From NCBI GenBank assembly GCA_963847445.1, contig CAWJZV010000015.1, positions 128,001 to 192,000 of the forward strand: DNA of 64,000 nucleotides, given 5' to 3'. This DNA comes from an uncultured delta proteobacterium (GTDB lineage Bacteria > Desulfobacterota > Binatia > UBA9968). This document shows positions 34,140-45,948 of this stretch, piece after piece. The notes under the pieces were generated by a model. It worked only from the letters and a program-made list of their open reading frames with translations. It did not search any database and was not told the DNA's origin. Numbering within the stretch: the stretch's first letter is position 1; each line of letters opens with the position of its first letter. Made by a program: the position numbers and the translations under genes.

Positions 34140-34918
34140 CTACACCATGGTCTGACCGCCGCAGATATTCATCGCCTGTCCGGTGATGCCGCGAGCGGCG
34201 TCCGAGGCGACATAGGCGACCAGTTCGGCGATCTCCTCGGCTGCCAAGAACCGTCGGATCGGCACCGCGGCGACCGCTTGTGCTTTGAATTCTTCCGGCG
34301 GTGATTCCTAGCGACTTGGCGGTTTCGTTGATGCCCTGAGTTGCCATTTCGGTGTCGACCCAGCCAGGGCAAATGGTGTTGACGGTGATGCCGCGGCTGA
34401 CGACTTCGAGGGCCAACGCGCGACCGAAGCCGATCATGCCATGTTTGGTCGTGCAATAGGCGGTGTAACCAGGGACGCCGAATTTCCCCAACACCGATGA
34501 GATATTGATGACTCCGACCGCCGGCCTGATCCGGCATGTGGCGCAGCACCGCTTTGGTGAGCAGATACATGCCATGCAAATTGGTATCGACGATATCGTA
34601 CCACTTGGAGTCGTCGGCATCGTCTCATGCGGCTCAGACCTGAAATGCCGGCGTTGTTGACTAAAATATGAATCGCGCCCCATTGGCTGACTACTTCAGC
34701 GACGGCGCGCTCGACATCGGCTTTGATCCGAACATTCATCGGCACCGGCTGAACGGTCAATCCGATCTGGGTTAGTTCCGTCGGCGACGCGGTTGAGCTG
34801 ATCACGATTGCGTGAGGCGATGGCGACCTTGGCGCCATTTTTGGCCAATTTAATTGCGATGGCTCGACCAATTCCCGTACCACCGCCGCTGATCAAGAGC
34901 AATTTTATCTTTAAGCAT
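34140..34918 (-). CDS. Short-chain dehydrogenase/reductase; multiple frameshifts
   Basis: SGGGTGIG, LVNNAG, NISS, YCTTK, ICPGWVDT. Confidence 0.88.
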
Positions 34919-35143
34919 AGTTTTAAGCGATTCCTTCGTACTGAAGTTAAGTAGCTGGTGTTAACAGGAATTTCAATGCCTATGAGGGTGGCATTCAGTG
35001 CCTGTCAACGGACTGCATCTGGCAAGCCGAGCCAATGGTATCGATATTGCTGATTAAAAGCAGTCATACGACGAAATTCTTTACAGCTTTCTCCGCGACA
35101 TATTAAAATTGCTCTCAAGTATAGTTTGCATAGGAGTGTATTC

Positions 35144-36219
35144 ATGGACATTACCGAATTATTAGGCTTTGGCGTCGATCAAAGGCGTCGGATTGCCATT
35201 TGAGCTGCCGGCGAGCCGCCGATGATTCGGATCGACGGCGATTTGAAAAAACTCGACTCATCCGGCGCTGACCCAGGAACAGGTGCATGCGCTGGTTTAT
35301 GACATCATGAGCGATGGCCAGCGCAAGACTTTCGAAGAGACCCATGAGTGCGATTTTTCCTTCGCCCTTGCGGACAAAGCACGTTTCCGCGTCAACGTTT
35401 TCATGCAACGCAAAGGCGAAGCCGCGGTATTTCGTACGATTCCGACCAAGATCTTGACCATCGAGGATTTGGGATTGCCGGCAAATCTTCAAGCAGCTTT
35501 GCGAAAAAGAAAAGGGCTTGATCCTCGTCACCGGGCCCACCGGTTCCGGTAAATCGACCACGTTGGCGGCGATGGTCGATTATCTCAATTCCACGTTACG
35601 AAGGACATATTCTCACCGTCGAAGATCCCATCGAGTTCGTCCACCCGTCGAAGAAGTGCTTGGTCAATCAACGCGAGTTGGGACCGCATACCCATTCGTT
35701 TTCCAACGCCCTGCGGGCGGCGCTGCGTGAAGACCCGGATATCATTCTGGTCGGCGAAATGCGCGATCTTGAAACCATTCAGCTCGCACTCACCGCCGCG
35801 GAAACCGGTCACATCGTCTTTGGGACATTGCATACTTCGAGCGCGCCCAAGACCGTCGACCGCGTCATCGACGTTTTTCCGCCGACCCAGCAAGCGCAGA
35901 GTTCGCGCGCAGTTCGCCGAGTCCATCGAAGCGGTCATCACTCAAACCTTGCTCAAGAAGAAAAGCCGGCGGCCGCATCGCCGCCCATGAAATCATGACC
36001 GGCACCACTGCGGTGCGCAATCTAATTCGCGAAGGCAAGATCCATCAGATCCCCGGCACCATGCAGGTGAGCCAAAAAGACGGCATGCAGACCATGGACA
36101 TGGCGCTGCAAACATTGGTTACCCGCGGCTTGGTCACCCGAGAAGAGGCGCAATCGAAGAGCATGAATCCCAATCTGTTCGGCGCCGCGCCTGCGGCGGT
36201 GGCCGGCGGCCGGTCGTAG
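35144..36219 (+). CDS. pilT: Type IV pilus retraction ATPase PilT; multiple frameshifts
   Basis: [42 protein letters not shown]. Confidence 0.92.
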
Positions 36220-36252
36220 CGAATAGTTCGAGACGTAGGTTACGGAGGACGC

Positions 36253-37410
36253 GTGGATTTTCAGGAAATGTTCAGAAAAATGGTCGAGATTGAAGCCTCG
36301 GATCTCTATCTCACGGTGGGGCGGCCGCCGATGTATCGCGTCGAGGGTACGATCCAACCAATCGGTGACAGAAATTTTACACCGGACGAGATGAAGACCT
36401 TGGCGGACTGCCAGTGATGACGGAGAAAGCAGCGCCGGGAATTTGCCGAGAGCCTGGAAATGAATCTCGCCCAATCGTTGCCGGGGTTGGCGCGATTTCG
36501 TGTCAATATCTTGATCCAGACGAGGTTCGGTCAGCATGGTCATTCGGCGCATCAAGGCCGACGTGATGTCGCTCGATGACCTGGGGATGCCGTCGATTCT
36601 AAGAGATATCACCATGACCAAGCGCGGTTTGGTGCTGATGGTCGGCGCCACTGGCTCCGGCAAGTCGACGACTTTGGCGGCGATGATCGATTACCGCAAT
36701 TGCAATGAAGCCGGCCATATCATTACCATCGAAGATCCCATCGAGTTCGTCCATCGGCATAAACAATCGATCGTGACCCAGCGCGAGGTCGGCACGCGAT
36801 ACACATAGCTTCCAAGCGGCGCTGAAAAATACTTTGCGCCAAGCGCCGGATGTTATCTTGATCGGCGAAATTCGCGACACCGAAACCATGGAAGCGGCGA
36901 TCACATTCGCCGAGACCGGCCATCTCTGTCTCGGCACGTTGCATTCGAACAATGCCAATCAGGCGATCGAACGCATCATGAATTTCTTTTCGACCCGAGC
37001 GTCATGCGCAAATGTATCTACAATTGTCGCTCAACTTGCGCTCCATCGTTTCGCAGCGGTTGATTCCGTCGGTCGAGGGCAAGCGTGTTGCAGCGTTGGA
37101 GATTCTGATGGATACGCCGCGAATCAAGGATCTGATTAAACGCGGCGAGGTCGACTCTCTGAAAGAGGCCATGGAACAGGGAGTTCAGGAAGGTTGCCAG
37201 ACCTTCGACCAGGCGCTTTTTGCTCTTTATCGCGACGGAAAGATCAGCTCTGGACAGGCGCTCGCGAACGCCGATAGCGCCAATAATCTGCGCCTCAAGA
37301 TCAAGCTGGCAGGGCTCAAGGTCGATGAAGAGCCAGTCGCCGCCGAAGGGGAAACTCGCAAGAGCGAACCATTGCAGGCCGCTGGTGGATTTCGTTTGCG
37401 CCGAACTTAG
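36253..37410 (+). CDS. pilU: Type IV pilus ATPase PilU; multiple frameshifts
   Basis: [51 protein letters not shown]. Confidence 0.9.
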
Positions 37411-37737
37411 ATCGCCGGCAATCTCGTCGTTCGAAACTCTTTCGGCGTGGTTGAAAGACCGAATCCCACCCGTTCTCTCTCCATACGAGATTCGACGAAT
37501 GTGGTTCTAGACCAGTACTCATAATTGTTTGGTCGACAGTTGCGGCGCACTTTCGTTAGCTCCGCCAAGACCTTTCAAGGCTTCCATCGCGATTGTCGCT
37601 GGAATGGACAAATTTATCTTGACAAATTGATAGGTTACTATTAAAAACGAGTTATATCTAGGATCTTCGCTGATCGGGAGGCAATGTGGAGTATAGCCGA
37701 TCTGCCGTTCCTAGAGGAAGAACCTATAAGTGCTCGG

Positions 37738-38237
37738 ATGGATTTGATCACCGGGTATGCGCAGGACATTGCGGGCAGTAGGACAAGCATTGGAAACCCT
37801 CAATCTCGGTGATTTCAGCGTCGAACCGGCTGGCGATGGTTATCGCGTCACCGGTGCTCGTCGGTGGCTAAGAACCTGCGTTTGGAGAACTGTGGGCGGC
37901 GCCTGAACGCTGCGATCCAGGTTCGCGCAACACGCCATGGACTTGAGTTATTCGCGCGGCGATGTCGACGCTTAGAGCGCGAAGGTCGGCACAACGGCGT
38001 GCGACGGGTCAGACACGGCGGATAGTCCGCCATTCTCGCAGATTCTGCGTGTTATCGGCGGAATTATCTGATCAAATGCGCGTTCCCGTTTGCTGCGCGT
38101 GTCGCGAAAGAAGCGGTTATTGTCAGGGCTCGAGAGTTCGCCTGCCAGCGGGCAAAAAGATCGAGATTACACGGTCGCCGATGCTTTACGACCTTTGGGT
38201 GCGATTTTATTTACAGAGATCGTGCGCCGGCGTGTGA
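37738..38237 (+). CDS. Hypothetical protein, paralog A; frameshifted
   Basis: LRAVGQALETL.., SQILRVIGG.., LYDLWVRFYLQR across frames. Confidence 0.55.
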
Positions 38238-38359
38238 ATTCAATGAGTTTTTCCGGCCCTCGTAGGATTGTTGTCGCAGATTCGAATCGGCAAAATTCCA
38301 AGTTCGGTTAGGATCAAACTCTTTCACTGGTGCCAATTGTCGACCTGGGATATAACAAA

Positions 38360-38910
38360 ATGGTCCGATAGCGGAGAGCTAGCTGCGCAGCATTACTCAG
38401 ATCTGCTCGGCCCGTAGGACAGATTCTGGAATCTCTCGGCATAGACGGCTTTACCCTGAGGGTTGACGATGCCGGTGTTTCGCTTCGCGGTTAAAAGCCG
38501 GAACCGCGCAATCAACCGCGGCGCCGCAGGGATCAGACGGCAAATTGTGGCAATCGACTCCGTGGCAAGAAACCAGAATCGGCCGAAGAATCTCACCCTC
38601 GTCAGGTATCCTGAGTCGGTCAATTGCATCCATGGGGAGGATCTAGCTCGTATCGACGATGAAGCCAAGTCCCGAGCGAGTCGAAACGGCGGACAGACCG
38701 GAAGCCCATTCGTTATCGCAGATTCTCCGTGCAGTCGGTGGTATTGTCGACCAGAAACAGGGGCGATTTCTTTCGGTGATCAAGGAAGGTCAGGAGATCA
38801 CGGTCGAATATGAGTCGACACTCAAGCAGAAAATCGTCGAGAAGTTTACTTCAGCGTCGCTTTACGATTTCTGGGTCAGAATGTATTTACGCCGCAGCAG
38901 CCGCAGCTAG
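38360..38910 (+). CDS. Hypothetical protein, paralog B; frameshifted
   Basis: VGQILESL.., LSQILRAVGG.., LYDFWVRMYLRR. Confidence 0.6.
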
Positions 38911-38983
38911 ACCTTAGCCAATCTAAGTTTAGCTGTGGCAATTCACGTCCCTAGATTCGGTTTCCGCAGGATGCGGCGCACAA

Positions 38984-39017
38984 AGGCGCTACGCCCAGGG
39001 GCGTCGCGCCTCTTGTT
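38984..39017. terminator. Hairpin between convergent genes; possible terminator
   Basis: AGGCGCTACGCCC..GGCGTCGCGCCT with short T/A flanks. Confidence 0.4.
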
Positions 39018-39773
39018 TACTTATTCTTTGTCGAGAAGAGTCCCATCAGCTTGGCGATGGGATCGTAGAAGCGGTCGACGACGCGTTCTTTGAGCGGGAT
39101 GATGGCGTTGTCGGTGATGTGAATATGTTCCGGGCAAACTTCGGTGCAACATTTGGTGATGTTGCAGTAGCCTAAGCCGGCCTTCTGCTTGATCAGCTCC
39201 ATGCGATCGTTGCTGTCGAGGGGGTGCATTTCCAGCGACGCCAAGCGAACGAAGAAGCGCGGGCCGGAGAAGGCCTGCTTGTTGTCGTCGTGGTCGCGGA
39301 TGACGTGGCAGACGTTCTGGCACAGGAAACACTCGATGCATTTGTGGAATTCTTGCACTCGGTCGATGTCTTCCTGATACATCCGCCGCGTGCCGTCGGA
39401 TTCTTTCGGTCTTCGGTTTGAACGCCGGAATCTCTTTGGCCTTTTGATAGTTGTACGAGACGTCGGTGACGAGATCGCGGATGATCGGGAAGGTCCGCAT
39501 CGGCGACACCGTGATGGTTTCGCCGGGCTGGAACGTGTTCATGCGCGTCATGCACATGAGGCGCGGCTTGCCGTTGACTTCGGCGCTGCACGAGCCGCAT
39601 TTGCCGGCTTTGCAGTTCCAGCGCACCGCCATATCGTTGGCTTGCTGCGCCTGGATCGCATGGATAACGTCGAGCACTACTTGTCCTTCACCCACGGCAA
39701 TGCGGTAGTCTTTGAACTCACCGCCATTGGCGTCACCGCGCCACACCCGCATATGGACCTGTTGCTCAGCCAT
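39017..39773 (-). CDS. sdhB: Succinate dehydrogenase Fe-S subunit (Sdh1 type); frameshift near 39400
   Basis: WNCKAGKCGSC, CIECFLCQNVC, CNITKCCTEVCP. Confidence 0.93.
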
Positions 39774-41582
39774 TACTTGTTTCTCCTCAAGCAGTGCTTT
39801 GAGTTCGTCCGGCATTTCCGGCAGCGGCTCCTGGGTCTGCGTCATTTCGCCATTGTCTCATGCGCGTGATGATGTTGACCTTGGCGAATTTCGCGTCGGT
39901 GTTGGGGAAGTCGTCGCGCGTGTGACCGCCGCGGCTCTCTTTGCGGATGATCGCTGCCAAGGTCGCCGCTTCGGCGAAGGTCAACAGCGAATGTAGATCC
40001 AGCGCCAGATGCCATCCCGGATTGTAGTGGCGGTTACCTTCGACTTTGCAGTTCAGCGACGCGCTGTTTGAGCTTCTGAATGAATTTCCAGCGCCTGATT
40101 CAGCTCTGACTCGACACGAATGATGCCGACCAGATTCTGCATGCATTCTTGTAGGTCGGAATGAATCGTATAGGGATTCTCGTTGCCTTGGGTTTCGAAG
40201 GGCGCGAGCATGGTCGCGCGCTAAGGACTTCAACTTGGTCGTTATTTACGGTCAACGACCCGCTCAGCCCCTTGGCATATTCCGCGGCATAGAGACCGGC
40301 GCGCCGACCGAATACCAGCAAGTCGGAGAGCGAGTTGCCGCCCAGGCGATTGGCGCCGTGGAGACCGGCGGCGACTTCACCGGCGGCAAACAGGCCGGGA
40401 ACGGTGGTCGCCGTGCTGTCGGCGTCGACACGCACGCCGCCCATGGAGTAGTGGCAGGTCGGGCCGACTTCCATCGGTTCCTTGGTGATGTCGACATCCG
40501 CCAGTTCCTTAAATTGATGGTACATCGACGGTAGCCGCTTGCGGATGTATTCGGCCGGACGGCGCGAAGCGATGTCCAGGAAGACGCCGCCATGCGGCGT
40601 GCCGCGGCCGGCCTTGACTTCGGAATTGATCGCCCGGGCGACTTCGTCGCGCGGCAGCAGATCGGGGGTGCGGCGGTTGTTGCGCTTGTCGTCGTACCAG
40701 CGTTCGGCTTCTTCGATGGTTTCCGCGGTTTCGGCTTTGAAGAAATCCGGGATGTAGTTGAACATGAACCGTTCGTTCTTGGTGTTCTTCAATGTGCCGC
40801 CGTCGCCGCGCACGCCTTCGGTGACCAAGAATGCCGCGCACGCTGGGCGGCCAGACCATGCCGGTCGGATGAAACTGCATGAACTCCATGTCCATCAAGT
40901 CAGCGCCGGCATCCGCCGCCATGGTGACGCCGTCGCCGGTGTATTCCCAAGAATTCGACGTGACTTTCCAGGCTTTGCCGCCGCCGCCGGTGGCGAGCAC
41001 CACGGCTTTGCACTTGAACATGATGAACTTGCCGCTCTCGCGCCAGTAGCCGAACGCGCCGCTGACGCGGCCGCCGTCGGTCAATAGCCGTTGCAGGTTG
41101 CACTCCATGTAGACATCGATGCCTTTATGGACGGCGTGTTGTTGCAGGGTGCGGATCATTTCCAAGCCGGTGCGGTCGCCGACATGGGCCAAGCGCGCGT
41201 AGCGATGACCGCCGAAGTCGCGCTGGAGAATCAGCCCTTCTTTGGTGCGGTCGAAGAGCGCGCCCCATTCCTCGAGCTCAAGCACCCGATCAGGCGCTTC
41301 CTGAGCGTGGATTTGCGCCATGCGCCAATTATTAAGCAACTTGCCGCCGCGCATGGTATCGCGAAAGTGAACCTTCCAGTTGTCTTCCGGGTAGACGTTG
41401 CCCATGGCCGCGGCGATGCCGCCTTCGGCCATGACGGTATGCGCTTTGCCAAGCAGGGATTTGCAAACTAAAGCGGTCTTTACGCCCTGCGCCGAGGCCT
41501 CGACCGCGGCGCGCAGGCCGGCGCCGCCGGCGCCGATGACGACGACGTCGTACTCATGGGTTTCGTACTTTTCTTGAGCCAT
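39773..41582 (-). CDS. sdhA: Succinate dehydrogenase flavoprotein; several frameshifts
   Basis: GAGGAG, HTVMAEGG, QFHPT, HYSMGG, HGANRLGGNSL, ESRGGH. Confidence 0.95.
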
Positions 41583-42346
41583 TAGAAAAACCTCAGATCG
41601 GAAATCACGCCCATCGCCAGCAGCCGCACATAGACGTCGGTCAGTGCCACCCAGATCAGACTGACCCAGGCATATTCCATATGTTTCTCGTTGAGACCGC
41701 TGATAAAGGACCAGGTCTTGAATTTACTCGGCGCGCTGTGGAACGAGTTCAGATATCCGCCGCAGACATGGCGGCAGGAGTTGCACGACAAGCTGAACAG
41801 CGACAATAGCGCGGCGTTGATACACAGCACGACGGTGCCGACGCCCATGCCGAAGCCGTCGGGAAAACGGAATGCGAGCAATGCGTCCCACCAGAGAAAT
41901 GCCAGGATCACCAGCGACAGATAGAAAAAGTAACGGTGGATATTTTGCAGCAAAAAGGGAAAGCGGGTTTCGCCGCTGTAGCTTTTCGCCACGTCGCGAA
42001 CGGCGCAGGCCGGCGGCGATTGGAAGAACGAGCGGTAGTAGGCTTTGCGATAGTAGTAACAGGTCGCGCGGAAGCCGCCGGGCACCCAGAGGATCAAGAA
42101 AGCCGGCGACAGATTCCACCATGAACCGATCAGCGGCAGGGTGACATGGGCGCAGTTGGCTGCGATGCATGGCGAATAGAACGGCGACAGATAGGGCGCG
42201 GCATAATAATAGCCATTTTGCATGGCCGCCCAAGTCGCGTAGACGGTAAAACCGCCCAAGACCACAACGACGAGTAACGGCTCAACCCACCAGTTATCTT
42301 TTCGCAACGTGCGAAACTGATCGAGAGTAAGACTTTTGTCAGCCAC
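41582..42346 (-). CDS. Sdh1-type (Rv0249c-like) membrane anchor
   Basis: YLSPFYSPC, FRATCYYYRKAYYRSF, FPF..QNIHRYF, SCNSCRH, HMEYAW. Confidence 0.85.
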   Translation of the reverse strand: MADKSLTLDQFRTLRKDNWWVEPLLVVVVLGGFTVYATWAAMQNGYYYAAPYLSPFYSPCIAANCAHVTLPLIGSWWNLSPAFLILWVPGGFRATCYYYRKAYYRSFFQSPPACAVRDVAKSYSGETRFPFLLQNIHRYFFYLSLVILAFLWWDALLAFRFPDGFGMGVGTVVLCINAALLSLFSLSCNSCRHVCGGYLNSFHSAPSKFKTWSFISGLNEKHMEYAWVSLIWVALTDVYVRLLAMGVISDLRFF

Positions 42347-42556
42347 GATTATCGTTCCTTATGATTTGTGAATTAATTTCAGTCTCGATTCACTATTATG
42401 GAAAGCGGTTCAGTGTCAAGCAATCTTACAAGCGCGCTGATTTGAGACCCGATGGCGCACCAAGGCGGATTCACCGCTGCGGTAAAGCCGCGTCTAAGTT
42501 TTTGTTAGCTTCGATCGGAAGTGGGCGAGCGGCGTGGCATCGAACGCGTCGCTGGT

Positions 42557-42865
42557 TTACTTCGGCTGTTCGGCGGCTTCGAGACTCAAGTATTTTTCGA
42601 CGATTTGCGGCACGTCTTCTTTCGTCACTCTCATGAACCAAAGACCTTCCGGCCAGATCATCATGTTGGGGCCGAAGGCGCAGACATCCAAGCAGCCGCT
42701 GCGGACGACGCGGACTTTGCCTTTGAGGTTGCGTCCTTTGCTAACCTTTCGCAGTTCTTCGACGATTTCTTCCGAGCCGTCATAGCCGCAGGATTTGCTT
42801 TCGCCCTTGCGGTCGTTGATGCAAACGTGAAGTTGACGCACATAGGGCTGCTGTCTTTCGATCAT
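42557..42865 (-). CDS. Thioredoxin-like [2Fe-2S] ferredoxin
   Basis: VCIN..SC..SGCLDVC..GP..IWPEGLW. Confidence 0.88.
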   Translation of the reverse strand: MIERQQPYVRQLHVCINDRKGESKSCGYDGSEEIVEELRKVSKGRNLKGKVRVVRSGCLDVCAFGPNMMIWPEGLWFMRVTKEDVPQIVEKYLSLEAAEQPK

Positions 42866-43121
42866 GTAAACTCCCCTCGAAATTTTAATTTCAGGCCATT
42901 TTATAACAGAAAAAGAAAATCAATGCACGCGGTGCTACCCTAGTTGATTTCATCGCCGCCAGTGTTTTTTACTTGAGATGGCAACTATTTCCTCTGGAGA
43001 AAGGAAATAATGTCCGGTCCGACCAGGGATTCAGGCAAAGAGAAACTTTTAGAATTTTTATCTTGAATGGCGTGGTCGGATCGCGCTGCCGCCGCGCCGG
43101 CGATTGAAAACAGTCGGCGGG

Positions 43122-43967
43122 CTAGTTGTGCGGCACGATGTCGGGACAGCCTTCGATGGAGCTCATTAATGTTTCCAGCAGGCTGCCCGATTCCGAGGCG
43201 ATCGTATCCAGGGCATCGGCTTGTTTTGAGTTGATGCGGCCAAGGAATTGCTCCTGGAGCAACTGAACGTAGCCCAGAATTGACGTTAGCCGTGATCGGA
43301 CTTCACAAGAAACGAACTCGGCGATTTGCGCGTGAGTTGGGTTTTCCCGGTTAGGCTCGCTGCTTCTGCCAGGAAGCTCACGCTCGGCGCTTCCCAAGCT
43401 TTCGCTCAGCCTGAAGTAATCGAGCGCCATAGTTAACTGGCCGACGACAGCCCCAAGGAAATTGCTCTCGATTGCGCTGAGCTCGCGAGGTCGGCGATTG
43501 ATGCAGACTAATGCTCCTGAATGGTTCAAGTTGCCGCGCATGGGAAACGCAGCAAAAAAGCCACAAGGATATTGGCCGGTAGTTCGGCTCTGATGGAATC
43601 CGGCGAAGAATGACTCCTCTCCGGTGTTTTCGAAAATCGCAGATTCCCCCGATGCGGCGACCATTTGCACTATAGCTTCGCCGAGTCGTATTGGGTACGC
43701 TACCGGGCAACCGGCGGTAATTCGGGCAAATTGTGCTTTAGGATTCAGTGTCGACGTCTCCCTGTCGAATAGAAAAATTCGCACCATGTCGACGTTCAAA
43801 ACCGCACCAACGTCGGCCACCGCCTTGTCGAAAACCTTGATGACGTCGTTCGAGTGAAGCGCCGCGCTTGCTATCGATTGACACGCAGCCGCCATGCGAG
43901 TTGTCGCGACCGCCGTGGTCGGTATCGGGCTATCTTCGAAGGGTTTTGAATCCAATTGGATCGGCAT
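43122..43967 (-). CDS. GAF + degenerate HisKA protein (no HATPase; His replaced by Cys)
   Basis: GAF-like core; EFVSCEVRSRLTSILGYVQLL aligns to the SHELRTPL H-box; protein ends about 50 aa later. Confidence 0.7.
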   Translation of the reverse strand: MPIQLDSKPFEDSPIPTTAVATTRMAAACQSIASAALHSNDVIKVFDKAVADVGAVLNVDMVRIFLFDRETSTLNPKAQFARITAGCPVAYPIRLGEAIVQMVAASGESAIFENTGEESFFAGFHQSRTTGQYPCGFFAAFPMRGNLNHSGALVCINRRPRELSAIESNFLGAVVGQLTMALDYFRLSESLGSAERELPGRSSEPNRENPTHAQIAEFVSCEVRSRLTSILGYVQLLQEQFLGRINSKQADALDTIASESGSLLETLMSSIEGCPDIVPHN

Positions 43968-44312
43968 AGGCGTCCCCCATTTGGCTTTGTCGTTGGCAGC
44001 GTTAGTAAGATATTGCAACGCTATATTAATTTGGCGCCCACGGCCATGGGGTAAATGCTGTATAAGTCGAAGGAAAATCGCCTAGTGGCGATTGTCGTGA
44101 AGTCCGTGGCATGACTCCAAAGTCGGTCGAACGAACTGTCTGCCGCCGGTGAAATTTAACCCCTCGCTGGCCAATTTTTGCGATTGACGGAGGTGGCGAA
44201 AATTGAAGATTCTCCCGCGCGGTTGTGATAGGTGTTGTCTGCGGGCCGAGCTATTCGACAACAACTGCGGCAGTTGTTAGCGTCCAGTATTCAAACTGAT
44301 TCTAGTAACACC

Positions 44313-44996
44313 ATGAAGGGCGTCGATGAACTTAACGCGCGCATCGTTGGATGCCGGAAGTGCCCGCGCCTGGTGCGTTGGCGCGAGGCTTGCGCAAAAA
44401 ATCCGCCGCGCCGCTATGTTGGTGAAGATTACTGGGCCAAACCACTTGCAGGGGTCGGCGATCCCAGAGCGCGGGTGCTGATCGTCGGACTGGCGCCCGC
44501 CGCCCATGGCGGTAATCGCACCGGCAGGATGTTTACCGGCGACCGAAGCGGCGACTGGCTTTATGGCGCACTTTACCAGGCTGGCTTCGCCAACCAGCCC
44601 AATTCCAATCATCGAAACGACGGCTTAAAGCTGACCGATTGCTACGTCACCGCGGCGGTGCATTGCGCGCCGCCCGCGAATAAACCCAATTTAATCGAGT
44701 TCAAACGTTGCCGGCCTTATCTCATCGAGGAGCTGCGGCTGTTTGGCGCCATCCAAGTCGTTATCGTGCTTGGCAAGATCGCCTTCGACTCTGTGCTCGC
44801 GGCCTATCGCGAAACCGGCGGCTCGTTGCCCAAACCGCGACCGAAATTCGGCCATGGCGCCTCGTATGAACTCGCCGACGGACTTCGGCTCATCTGTTCC
44901 TATCATCCGAGCCAACAGAACACGTTTACCGGCAAGCTCACCCGGTCGATGTTTAAAAGTGTCTTCGATCAGGCCAAGGCCGAATTGTCGGCGTAA
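44313..44996 (+). CDS. Uracil-DNA glycosylase family 5 (UdgB)
   Basis: CRKCPRL, GLAPAAHGGNRTGRMFTGD, HPSQQN. Confidence 0.92.
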   Translation: MKGVDELNARIVGCRKCPRLVRWREACAKNPPRRYVGEDYWAKPLAGVGDPRARVLIVGLAPAAHGGNRTGRMFTGDRSGDWLYGALYQAGFANQPNSNHRNDGLKLTDCYVTAAVHCAPPANKPNLIEFKRCRPYLIEELRLFGAIQVVIVLGKIAFDSVLAAYRETGGSLPKPRPKFGHGASYELADGLRLICSYHPSQQNTFTGKLTRSMFKSVFDQAKAELSA

Positions 44997-45005
44997 TTTC
45001 CAAAC

Positions 45006-45884
45006 GTGGAAACCGGAATAACCTACGCCATCATTGCCGGTCTTTTTTGGGGAACCAGTCCGGTGTTGGTCAAGCGCGGCCTAGTGCACGCCGACGTGAG
45101 CGCCGCGACGCTGTACCAGCAAGCTACTATTCTGGTCACGTTGATCGTCGCGGCGCTGGTCGAAGGCGAACTCTTCGCCGGAATCATCTCGCCCCTGGCC
45201 ATTGGGGTGTTTGCCGGTACCGGAGTGATTGGCGCTTATCTCGGCCGCACTCTGTTCGTCAAGACTGTCGATCAGATCGGTGCGTCACGGGCGCAGTCGC
45301 TCAATAACTCCTCGCCATTGATCACCGTGTTGTTGGCAGGGTTGCTGCTGGGTGAACCGCTGACTTGGTCTGTGTTAGCCGGGGTCGGCTTGATCATTTC
45401 CGGAGTATTCTTTATTGCCGAGACCGATACCCAAGACAGCCGGCGTGGCGGGAACAAAGTTCTCACCGTCACATCGATCATGGCGACGATCTGTTACGGC
45501 ATCGTGCCGGTGCTGAAAAAGTTCGGCACTGCGAACGGCGGCCCGCCGGTGATGGGCGCGCTGGTTATGCACGCGACAGGTTTGCTGCTGCTGGTGACTT
45601 TGGGCAGCTTACTCAAGATCGAGTTCAAACCCGAACGAATTGCCACCAGCAGCGTGGTTTGCTTCGTTAGCGCCGGATTTCTCTACGCGATCGGCTCGAT
45701 CATGACGCTCAAAGCTTTGACCTACGCGCCGGCATCGGTGGCGGCGCCGGTGTGGAGCGCGCAGCCGATCGTCAGCTTCTTCTTGGCGAAATCGATGCTA
45801 AAAGGCATTGAGGCTGTTAGTTGGCGCGACGGGGTTGCCGCGCTGTTGGTGGTTTGCGGCGTGTTGGTGTTGCGGTTGGCATGA
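45006..45884 (+). CDS. EamA/DMT family transporter
   Basis: Two repeats of about 5 TM; IGASRA..SPLIT..LLGE. Confidence 0.85.
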   Translation: METGITYAIIAGLFWGTSPVLVKRGLVHADVSAATLYQQATILVTLIVAALVEGELFAGIISPLAIGVFAGTGVIGAYLGRTLFVKTVDQIGASRAQSLNNSSPLITVLLAGLLLGEPLTWSVLAGVGLIISGVFFIAETDTQDSRRGGNKVLTVTSIMATICYGIVPVLKKFGTANGGPPVMGALVMHATGLLLLVTLGSLLKIEFKPERIATSSVVCFVSAGFLYAIGSIMTLKALTYAPASVAAPVWSAQPIVSFFLAKSMLKGIEAVSWRDGVAALLVVCGVLVLRLA

Positions 45885-45888
45885 ATCC

Positions 45889-45919
45889 GTTCAAAGGTTC
45901 AAGGTTCAAAAGTTCAAGG
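45889..45919. repeat. Short tandem repeat GTTCAA(A/G) x4
   Basis: GTTCAAAG GTTCAAG GTTCAAAA GTTCAAGG. Confidence 0.6.
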
Positions 45920-45948
45920 CCGGATGGTTGGACAGCATGGGGGCGATA

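Noticed and set aside
39021-39845. Apparent sdhA C-terminus/sdhB fusion
   Set aside because: One extra A in GAGAAACAAGTAATG explains it. Removing it gives the usual TAATG stop/start overlap.
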